Of a DNA stretch of 64,000 bases, positions 41,141-47,932 are shown in pieces. Source of the stretch: a virus (taxonomy: Duplodnaviria; Caudoviricetes); the IMG/VR virus record IMGVR_UViG_3300008954_000001; one strand, written 5' to 3'. Both the position numbers and the translations under genes were made by a program. Each line of letters opens with the position of its first letter. Position 1 is the stretch's first letter. The notes under the pieces were generated by a model. It was given only the letters and a program-made list of their open reading frames with translations, searched no databases and had not been told where the DNA came from.

Positions 41141-41776
41141 TTATTTTTTCTTCTTAGCTTTCCTGAGTTGCCTTAATGCCTCAGTAGCCGCATCCACAGA
41201 GGAACCCTTTGAAGATGTGCTGGAGGTATCGATATCAGCCTTCAACTCACCTGACACGATACCCTCAGGAATAAACATAGGCGTATCATCGACTAAAGCC
41301 GATGGGTGCTGCCCACCTTGGACGGCACCAGCGTTTTGAACAATGGGTAAATTACCCAACATTTCTTTCAACATGGATGCAAGAACCTCCGTATCGACTT
41401 GGGCCGCTGGAGGAGCGGGGGCGGGAGCGACTACGGGCGCTGGAGCTTTTTGGTTTTCAAGGGTGCTCGAAATCTGAACAAGATGATCCCGGAGAGCACC
41501 AGAAATCATCTCTTTCATACGATCTTCAAAATTTGGTGTCGGAATCTTGTTCTTCGGCTTGCGTTTCTTCGGGGCGTTTCTTCGAGAAGTGTCTCGGATT
41601 CGAGGAGCTTGCTTCGTCTTAAAGGATAAACCTCCGAGCCGAATAGCCCGCTGAACCTCAACTGAGCGCATAGCGTCCTGTTCGGGGATCTCCAACCGCT
41701 CTCCTCTCGTTAGCACAACCCCAAATTCAGGCAGGGAAATCCTGTCCATGCGACACGTTAAAATCACGGTTTTCAT
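41141..41776 (-). CDS. Hypothetical protein (211 aa): basic patch, Pro/Ala linker, basic amphipathic C-terminus
   Basis: 4-bp overlap with the upstream gene; 11 bp upstream of the actin-like gene. Confidence 0.7.
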   Translation of the reverse strand: MKTVILTCRMDRISLPEFGVVLTRGERLEIPEQDAMRSVEVQRAIRLGGLSFKTKQAPRIRDTSRRNAPKKRKPKNKIPTPNFEDRMKEMISGALRDHLVQISSTLENQKAPAPVVAPAPAPPAAQVDTEVLASMLKEMLGNLPIVQNAGAVQGGQHPSALVDDTPMFIPEGIVSGELKADIDTSSTSSKGSSVDAATEALRQLRKAKKKK

Positions 41777-42297
41777 TGCTTCTTCCCTAAGGCATGGCCG
41801 ACCATTGTGGTCCCGTATTCGTCCAAGATGGCTTTCTTAGCCCTCTGGATAGCCCTCTGGATGAAGGTGTGTTTAGCGATCCCTGGATGACACCAGATAT
41901 TGTCTGAACAAGGCCCCTTCTTTAGTTTGGCGGGCATGGTTCGGAAGATTAACTCTCCCGATTTCTTATCGATGAGCGGAATAACCTTCCCCGGCGCACC
42001 TACTCGCCAGCCTTTCTTTCCCTCCATGTATGCTTCAGGCTTCATATGAGGCCAAGACGATTGAATCTCAATCGTACTTTTACCTCTCAAAGACCACGAA
42101 AAAGAGTTGAAGAACTTTTCAGAGCGGGGGATCGACTTGGAGCGACCGGCTACCTTCATAGCTTCTTGCTTGATGAACTCGATGCACTTATCCCCCAACT
42201 TCGCCAAAATTGTATTGGAGGGGCTGGTTCGGAACCCACCCTTCTTAGCTAAAGGGCCGCCGTAAATACCTTTGACTCGAAACGGTTGCTCTGCCAC
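41773..42297 (-). CDS. Neck / tail-completion-like basic protein (174 aa)
   Basis: Synteny after the head-closure gene; C-terminal WCHPGIAKHTFIQRAI resembles HK97 gp10-type proteins. Confidence 0.4.
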   Translation of the reverse strand: MAEQPFRVKGIYGGPLAKKGGFRTSPSNTILAKLGDKCIEFIKQEAMKVAGRSKSIPRSEKFFNSFSWSLRGKSTIEIQSSWPHMKPEAYMEGKKGWRVGAPGKVIPLIDKKSGELIFRTMPAKLKKGPCSDNIWCHPGIAKHTFIQRAIQRAKKAILDEYGTTMVGHALGKKQ

Positions 42298-42306
42298 TTA
42301 TCCCCC

Positions 42307-43671
42307 CTACTTCTCAATGTTATCCCACACAGGGGTACGGCCTCGTTTCTCCGTCTCATCGGGGAAATTGCTCTTTTCAGTTTGCATGGGGGTCGTACTA
42401 TCAGTGCCGATAGGAAAGGGGGGAGAATGGTCATGCTGTCCCGCAGCGGGAGCCACAGCACTGTGGCTGTATCGAGTTTCAGGGAAGACCATGGAATCAG
42501 TTCCATCGATGGGAACCTCAAAACGAATGTCCTGTTGGTCAATGATCCCAATCGTAAAGTGCTGCTGTAAAACATTCCCTCGATTAGTGGGGCGACGAAC
42601 GGCCCCTACGCTGTATCTCTCATTTGTTTGCTTAACGATAAAGTCTCGCATCGTAAGCATGGGGCTTGGCCCCATGAAAACCTCGTACTGCATCTCCACT
42701 CGTCGGCCCATCGGGGTTTGGGACACACGACGATCCCCATCTTCGGGGGCGATAATAATGTCGTAAGGGCCTTCGTAGCCCCCGATATAGCCCGTGCCAA
42801 AACACAAACGGCATCGTTGGGAGGCTTGCTTGTTGTATTCAAGATCCTGCTCGTCCATCCCACAAGAACAATGCGTTCCCGTAGTCTTTCGGACAAAAGC
42901 CTTTACTCGCTCGCCACCTTGCTGAAGAATCCACTGATTGCGGCGAACAGCCTCTTTCCAAATGTAATCCAACTCCTCGATGGCCGTTGGCGTAACAGGA
43001 TGGCAGTTCTCTAAAGCCGTCTCAACCAACCCATTTTCGGTGACGGCAACGGTGGTTAGACGGTAAAAAACCTTACGGTCAAGGGCGACCCCTGGCGTAA
43101 GGTTCTTGTTTCGGTAGTACGAAACCGTGACCGATGTGTTTTCGTCTATGGTGGTTGGGTCTGCGTACTTCTCTCGTCCAACATCATAAGTCGCATGGTT
43201 GGTCAGGATTACCTCACCCGTGCGACCAAACACTTGCTGAACCTCAACAGGCTCGCCAGCAATCTCAACAACAAGATCCGAGGGCGAATTCGCAAATACC
43301 CCACGGCCATCTTTTTTGACCATAGGGTGCTTACTGCGAAAGGACCACCTACGACTGTTCGAGGCATCGCCCTTATTGACCCAAGAATTGTCGAAATCGA
43401 CAACCTCTTGCCGCACCAAAACATTAACTGTTCTGTCCCGATAGAAAGCCCCTCCAACGGGGACTTCGTTGACCCGACGATAGGGGCCACGGTCTGATGC
43501 GTCAGACCGATACACATTTACCCCAAGGATAGTCCAAGGAGTATTAGCTGACAGTAGGGCGGGGTTGTCCCATCGAAGATCATAAACCCCTACTTTATAG
43601 GGGCTAAAAGCCATCCCGTTTTGAGGCGGAGAAGGCTTATCTCCCGTCGATGTCTCCCAGCCAGCAGTCAA
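42307..43671 (-). CDS. Head closure / neck protein (454 aa) with a Zn-finger insert
   Basis: GGERVKAFVRK...CSC...CRLCFGTGYIGGY...LTMRDFIV...RYSV...RGNVLQQHF; position between adaptor and tail genes. Confidence 0.55.
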   Translation of the reverse strand: MTAGWETSTGDKPSPPQNGMAFSPYKVGVYDLRWDNPALLSANTPWTILGVNVYRSDASDRGPYRRVNEVPVGGAFYRDRTVNVLVRQEVVDFDNSWVNKGDASNSRRWSFRSKHPMVKKDGRGVFANSPSDLVVEIAGEPVEVQQVFGRTGEVILTNHATYDVGREKYADPTTIDENTSVTVSYYRNKNLTPGVALDRKVFYRLTTVAVTENGLVETALENCHPVTPTAIEELDYIWKEAVRRNQWILQQGGERVKAFVRKTTGTHCSCGMDEQDLEYNKQASQRCRLCFGTGYIGGYEGPYDIIIAPEDGDRRVSQTPMGRRVEMQYEVFMGPSPMLTMRDFIVKQTNERYSVGAVRRPTNRGNVLQQHFTIGIIDQQDIRFEVPIDGTDSMVFPETRYSHSAVAPAAGQHDHSPPFPIGTDSTTPMQTEKSNFPDETEKRGRTPVWDNIEK

Positions 43672-43683
43672 AGCAACCTCCTA

Positions 43684-44136
43684 CTACCCTTCTGAGGGTG
43701 CTTCGGCTGCCTCTCCCATGGCTCCAGGGGTGCTTTGAACAACTACAGTGCCATCTGGATTCACAGACCAGCCTGACCCTTCAGCGATCCCCAAGGATTC
43801 CCCGATTTCTCGGAGCTTGTTTTGCGAGGCGGATTCCAACTGACCATAAGAAGCGATGATCCGAGCCTTGCGAATTTCAATATTCCCAAGCTCCTTCACA
43901 CAATCCTCGCCCGCCATGCGGAAACGGTTCAAAACCGCCATATCCGCTTCGGGTACGGTCAGGGTTTCAGTTGTCGCTGACACGGCTTCTTCCGTTGCTT
44001 TAGCGACATCTTCAGGTGCAGATACCGAAGCGGTTTCAGTACCATCAGCTTCGGCGGTTACGGTTTCCTCAACTGCTTCGGTGGCTGTCTCAACTGCACC
44101 ATCATCAGTATTCTTGGACTTTTTCTTTCCAAACAT
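43684..44136 (-). CDS. Hypothetical acidic coiled-coil protein (150 aa)
   Basis: RBS AGGAG; fills the gap between neighbours. Confidence 0.7.
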   Translation of the reverse strand: MFGKKKSKNTDDGAVETATEAVEETVTAEADGTETASVSAPEDVAKATEEAVSATTETLTVPEADMAVLNRFRMAGEDCVKELGNIEIRKARIIASYGQLESASQNKLREIGESLGIAEGSGWSVNPDGTVVVQSTPGAMGEAAEAPSEG

Positions 44137-44202
44137 TATTGAACTCTCCTATCGGGTAAAAGCCAAGCACCAGCTTCGGTGCGCCTTACTTTACCCCCGT
44201 CC

Positions 44203-44216
44203 ATAGAGGGCTTACT
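44203..44216 (-). promoter_or_regulatory. Candidate late-promoter motif AGTA-N6-CTAT
   Basis: Variant of the recurring motif upstream of the 150-aa/neck operon. Confidence 0.3.
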
Positions 44217-44221
44217 GAAAC

Positions 44222-44455
44222 TCAAGGACAAATTTCGTTATGTATGGCATCAACATCCTTTTCAAGAGAATCTGCCGTGCGTTGAAGTTCGTCCACAATA
44301 GCTCTTTGCTCTAACACTACCCGTCGTGTTTCCGCCCTTGCGGATGGCACGATCTCAGCTTTCGGGGCTGGTGCGGGGCTTGTCTCACGGAAAGAGAAAA
44401 CGCAAGACAAAACCAAGGCGAAGAAAATGGCCCCGTATATTCGCTTACCTTTCAT
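44222..44455 (-). CDS. Small membrane/lipoprotein-like protein (77 aa)
   Basis: Basic N-terminus, hydrophobic stretch ending in VLSC, Pro-rich linker, coiled coil. Confidence 0.55.
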   Translation of the reverse strand: MKGKRIYGAIFFALVLSCVFSFRETSPAPAPKAEIVPSARAETRRVVLEQRAIVDELQRTADSLEKDVDAIHNEICP

Positions 44456-44726
44456 GGTTCATCTCCGCTTTAATCTCGTCTACTCGGAGCTTCACATAAC
44501 CCATCGCTTCGGACAGGCGTTCTAAAGCTACCGTATTTGATTGGAGAGAGGCCAAAACCGAAGCGTTGTCGTCCGACAACTGCTTCACTTGAACTTGGAG
44601 ATTCTGCCGTTCGACCTCCGCCGTCGCCAACTGAACTTCCAGCCTAACCGCCCATAAAATAAGGGGGATCACCAAGATCGCTAAAATCTTGCTGGCTGTG
44701 TCAATCAGTGCGTGGCTGTTACTCAC
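44445..44726 (-). CDS. Single-TM coiled-coil protein (~93 aa), holin/spanin-like
   Basis: GTG 44726 with AAGGAG RBS (the track start is 44756); TM ILAILVIPLILWAV followed by a heptad coil. Confidence 0.55.
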   Translation of the reverse strand: MSNSHALIDTASKILAILVIPLILWAVRLEVQLATAEVERQNLQVQVKQLSDDNASVLASLQSNTVALERLSEAMGYVKLRVDEIKAEMNHER

Positions 44727-44740
44727 AAGAATCTCCTTCG

Positions 44741-44770
44741 GGGGGGCTAATTTCAACCTCTAACGGTAAT
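44741..44770 (+). promoter_or_regulatory. Candidate phage promoter GGGGGGCTAA-N14-GGTAAT
   Basis: 27/38 nt identical to the 29321 copy without gaps; upstream of the plus-strand island. Confidence 0.55.
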
Positions 44771-44811
44771 CCCATTGAGGATGCAGGCCCGTCCAAACAA
44801 TAGGCGGCCCT

Positions 44812-44825
44812 ATAGAGAGGGAACC
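44812..44825 (-). promoter_or_regulatory. Candidate late-promoter motif GGTT-N6-CTAT
   Basis: Variant of the recurring motif upstream of the 93-aa gene. Confidence 0.3.
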
Positions 44826-45545
44826 ATGAATGTAAAAGCAATAGCCAAACCACCGATGGATGAACGGTCACAACTTTTTTCCAAATGGACAACGGAGTTT
44901 GTTCGCAAGCATCCCGATATGTTCGAGCTTTTCTGCTCACGGGCAAAGCGGGCCTACTTCACGGCTCGTGACTCTCGGATCGAAAACCTCCCTTGTGTCT
45001 GGTTCAATATGGGCCTGTCTTACATTTTAGCTTGGGAGTACGGATATGACATCCCTTCTCGTATCCTTGCGGGAGCGCAAAGCGACTTCTACTCCTTCAA
45101 TTACTCGATACACTCTCAAAATGAGGGTAAAGCCACCTCATGGGCTGACGAAGCGAACTCCAAGTACCCTGTCACCGTAAAGGGTTTGATTGCGGAAATC
45201 GAAAAGGTGCTCACCGAAGCGCAGAAAGAAGCTGTTGATGAGTACGATCACGATCCAGAGGACTACCTTCGGTATCACCGCTCCAACCCCCACGAAGAAC
45301 ACCCTTGGGGCGAAGACTGTGTCGCCTTGATTCGAGCATGGTGCCAAGCAGATGAGTTTGAGTGGTTCATGGTCCACAGAAACGTCAAAGAAGCCACTGA
45401 ATCCGCCATCTCCGAAAACTTGTGGGAAATGACCATGTGGGAGGATGACAGTACCGCCGCCCCCATCGCTCAAGCGGCTCGTGAAGCCTTGGCTTCGCAG
45501 ATGGGTAAATTCATCGAAGGCGTAAAGGAGTCCTCTAATGGATAA
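44826..45545 (+). CDS. Hypothetical protein (~239 aa)
   Basis: ATG 44826 with GAGAGGGA RBS; overlaps the next gene. Confidence 0.7.
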   Translation: MNVKAIAKPPMDERSQLFSKWTTEFVRKHPDMFELFCSRAKRAYFTARDSRIENLPCVWFNMGLSYILAWEYGYDIPSRILAGAQSDFYSFNYSIHSQNEGKATSWADEANSKYPVTVKGLIAEIEKVLTEAQKEAVDEYDHDPEDYLRYHRSNPHEEHPWGEDCVALIRAWCQADEFEWFMVHRNVKEATESAISENLWEMTMWEDDSTAAPIAQAAREALASQMGKFIEGVKESSNG

Positions 45546-45894
45546 AGCAAAAGAAGCCGTTCAAAACATTCTAAAAGTTTGTACCGCTCTGGAACTTCAA
45601 AGACCTCCCGCAAATGCGGAGAGTGTCCTTGTTTCAGCGGTCAACACCATCGACCTCTACCTAACAGGTAAAGACAAGCGAGACGCTGCCACAGAAATAA
45701 TGGACAAAGAAGCAGCCGCCGCTTTGATCGAGCACAATTCTTTTGATTGGATTGTGTACCTCTCAAACGGAGGCTACTCACGACTTGTGATCTCCCCCTA
45801 CCAAGAGCCTAACAAAATGTGGCTCACAGGGGGTCCACATGCCGGGTACGAAGAGATTCTATCGAAGTGGCAGGAAATACATTCCGAACACTAA
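45538..45894 (+). CDS. Hypothetical protein (118 aa)
   Basis: AAGGAG RBS; 8-bp overlap with the previous gene. Confidence 0.7.
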   Translation: MDKAKEAVQNILKVCTALELQRPPANAESVLVSAVNTIDLYLTGKDKRDAATEIMDKEAAAALIEHNSFDWIVYLSNGGYSRLVISPYQEPNKMWLTGGPHAGYEEILSKWQEIHSEH

Positions 45895-46268
45895 TAGTAT
45901 TTGACCCGACCTCTTTCCACGAGAAGGTCGTTCAAACACTCCCCCGTTTCAGGCAAGTACATCTCCACCAAGTAGCGGCCATACTTCCCTGCTTTATTGG
46001 TGGACACGAAAAACTTGGTGCCGACAGGGAACTCTTCTTTCAAGTCTTCCAGTAGTTTGAGGCCAGCCTTTTTCTCGGAAGCTGTCACCCCCGCCTTTCG
46101 GCGGATTTCCGGCGCATCTATCCGAGCAAGACGGTACTTGTTCACGACATGGACGCTCTGCCCAAGGTCCACGCTCAACTCCACCGTATCCCCATCTACC
46201 CAACGAACAATCGTCGCCACATACTTGTTTTGATCATACATATAAACCCTCATCAATGGTGTCTGCAT
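45891..46268 (-). CDS. Thermonuclease (staphylococcal nuclease/SNase) family protein
   Basis: RWVDGDT, RLARIDAPE, GKYGRYL and NDLLVERG motifs. Confidence 0.9.
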   Translation of the reverse strand: MQTPLMRVYMYDQNKYVATIVRWVDGDTVELSVDLGQSVHVVNKYRLARIDAPEIRRKAGVTASEKKAGLKLLEDLKEEFPVGTKFFVSTNKAGKYGRYLVEMYLPETGECLNDLLVERGRVKYY

Positions 46269-46293
46269 AGCCTCCCCATTGAGAGGTAGGCGA

Positions 46294-46569
46294 ATGTCGA
46301 ATTGCGCTCACTGCCACGGTTTCGGGGAACTGCTCATCTACCGTTATGGGCGAGTTCTTCGTGTGTACTGTGACTGCCCTGTTGGGGATCAAAGAGTGGA
46401 GAAGATCATTTCTTCTTTCGACCGCCCGCCCGCCTTTTCTTGCGAGAGGCTTTCGGACCATCCGACTTTGCTTGAGTATTACGGGGTGGGGGAAACTCCG
46501 TCCAAGGTTGCTTCCAAGTCCGAAGTGCTTTCCGACGCTCCTGACGGGAAACACGATCCAAAAAAGTAA
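46294..46569 (+). CDS. Small Cys-rich Zn-finger-like protein (~91 aa)
   Basis: CAHCHGFG...CDC; RBS GAGAGG; its 3' part overlaps def antisense by 164 bp. Confidence 0.45.
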   Translation: MSNCAHCHGFGELLIYRYGRVLRVYCDCPVGDQRVEKIISSFDRPPAFSCERLSDHPTLLEYYGVGETPSKVASKSEVLSDAPDGKHDPKK

Positions 46570-46987
46570 TCCCATTGAGGTGGTCTATTTCGTGTTGGAC
46601 GCAGACGGCCAAAGGTAAGCCATCAAACCGACGAACATGCCGTTTCATATTGAGATCAAGATACGCCACATCAACCCAACGGGGTCGGGCGATTTCTATG
46701 AACAGCCCCGGAAAAGAAAGACAGCCCTCACCGAACCAAGTTTTCTTTTTAGAAGACGCTTCTACGACAGGGTTGATTAGGACCAATGGCTCTTCGTCAA
46801 AGCGTTCTTGAACCAAACATACTCGAAGATGGACTCCGACTTGGGGGGCGGCGATCCCGATCCCCTGTTCTTCTCGCATAGTCTTCTTCAAAGATTCGAT
46901 GAAAAGCAAAAGCGAATCGTCCATCCGCTCTACGGGTTCGCATCTTTTAGTAAGCCGCTCATCAGGCCAGTAGGCTAAAGGAAGCAT
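46406..46987 (-). CDS. def: Peptide deformylase
   Basis: All three PDF motifs: GIGIAAPQVG, EGCLSFP, QHEIDHLNG; RBS GGAGGA. Confidence 0.95.
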   Translation of the reverse strand: MLPLAYWPDERLTKRCEPVERMDDSLLLFIESLKKTMREEQGIGIAAPQVGVHLRVCLVQERFDEEPLVLINPVVEASSKKKTWFGEGCLSFPGLFIEIARPRWVDVAYLDLNMKRHVRRFDGLPLAVCVQHEIDHLNGITFLDRVSRQERRKALRTWKQPWTEFPPPRNTQAKSDGPKASRKKRRAGGRKKK

Positions 46988-47054
46988 GTTATCCTCCCAA
47001 CCTACTGAAACTATAAATGGTAAAGCCTAATATGGGGTCTAAGAAACCGTCCAA

Positions 47055-47156
47055 TGGCGGTGAGGGTGGGAATTGCACCCACGGTCGAGGGTCGCTCGAC
47101 CCGGCATAACCATGCTTTACCTCTGGTCACCACCTTTTGACCAAGGTCGCCCCACC
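47055..47156 (-). tRNA. Non-canonical tRNA(Ser)-like RNA (102 nt, encoded CCA, long variable arm, aberrant anticodon loop)
   Basis: Acceptor GGTGGGG/CCTCACC followed by G73 and CCA; D-stem ACCT/AGGT; T-arm GTGGG-TGCAATT-CCCAC; extra 7-bp arm GGTCGAG/CTCGACC; anticodon arm has an 11-15-nt loop instead of 7. Confidence 0.65.
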
Positions 47157-47162
47157 GAGAGA

Positions 47163-47519
47163 TCAGCCGCCCTTTACAAACCGAGCGACCATCTGATTCC
47201 CCCCAGAGCCAGAGCCAGAGACAAGGTGGAGTTGTTCTTCCACGATAATCGGACTCGCACTCTCAGGGTCGGTTCCTGACATCATTGCAAATATGGTAGG
47301 GGCTAAGGAGTATTCAAGATCAATCTGATACGTATACGCATATCGACCGATATCATCTTCTACGGCGACCATTTCTGTACCCGCCGCAACCAACACCACC
47401 TTTGTCCCATTCGCATCGAAAGAAAAGATTTCGATTTCTGGATCGGGCACAATCAGTGGAGCATTGAAGCCATCAAAGAACGCAACCGTGAAGGTATATG
47501 TGTCGCCAACTTGAGCCAT
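47163..47519 (-). CDS. Small Ig-like/beta-sandwich virion-type protein (118 aa)
   Basis: Alternating beta pattern (YTFTVAFFD...GRYAYTYQI) resembles the N-terminal domain of the adaptor at 49020..49913. Confidence 0.6.
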   Translation of the reverse strand: MAQVGDTYTFTVAFFDGFNAPLIVPDPEIEIFSFDANGTKVVLVAAGTEMVAVEDDIGRYAYTYQIDLEYSLAPTIFAMMSGTDPESASPIIVEEQLHLVSGSGSGGNQMVARFVKGG

Positions 47520-47549
47520 GTGAACCCCTACCTTTATTACAGCAAGAGG

Positions 47550-47563
47550 ATAAGGCTTTTATC
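47550..47563 (-). promoter_or_regulatory. Candidate late-promoter motif GATA-N6-TTAT
   Basis: Upstream of the 118-aa / tRNA-like / def unit. Confidence 0.35.
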
Positions 47564-47636
47564 GCACTTGATCGCACGAATCGTTTGCTACCCCGCCCAC
47601 AGGTAAAGTCTCTTATTACCGAAGGACGGGTTTCTC

Positions 47637-47864
47637 TTGTCATACAACATACCCAACCACAAAAAAGAGTACGAGGGGGCGGCGAGGTGGCGTACCATCG
47701 GTTGGGTAATTGTAAGTCTAATCGCCCTTGTGGGGTTGATATGGCTCATTTTACACATCACTTTGAACGACGACTATGTGCGGCTGTGTGTCGAAACTTG
47801 TGGGGCGGGGCAGGTGGAACAAGTCACAGCTTTTCATTGTAAGTGTCGAGAAAACGTCCCATAG
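47637..47864 (+). CDS. Small membrane protein (75 aa) with a Cys-rich C-terminus
   Basis: TM WVIVSLIALVGLIWLILHI; CVETC...CKC; TTG start with AAGGA upstream. Confidence 0.55.
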   Translation: MSYNIPNHKKEYEGAARWRTIGWVIVSLIALVGLIWLILHITLNDDYVRLCVETCGAGQVEQVTAFHCKCRENVP

Positions 47865-47866
47865 AA

Positions 47867-47897
47867 GGGGGGCTAAACCTACCTGTCTTTCAGTAAG
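47867..47897 (+). promoter_or_regulatory. Candidate phage promoter variant GGGGGGCTAA-N15-AGTAAG
   Basis: Same upstream box as the other copies; precedes the ATPase-GNAT gene. Confidence 0.4.
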
Positions 47898-47932
47898 GGA
47901 CGGGTAGTATGAGGGGAACAAAAGGATACGCT

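Noticed and set aside
44766-46580. Exact 15-bp repeat GTAATCCCATTGAGG at 44766 and 46566
   Set aside because: About one or two such matches are expected by chance in 64 kb, and the second copy is constrained by the def HLNGIT codons.
47055-47156. tmRNA, tRNA-Sec or attP interpretation of the tRNA-like element
   Set aside because: It lacks the G3-U70/A73 alanine identity and any tag ORF (tmRNA). It has no UCA anticodon and a 7/5 rather than 8/5 fold (Sec). No integrase is in the window, and the G55 T-loop is unlike a host tRNA 3' copy.
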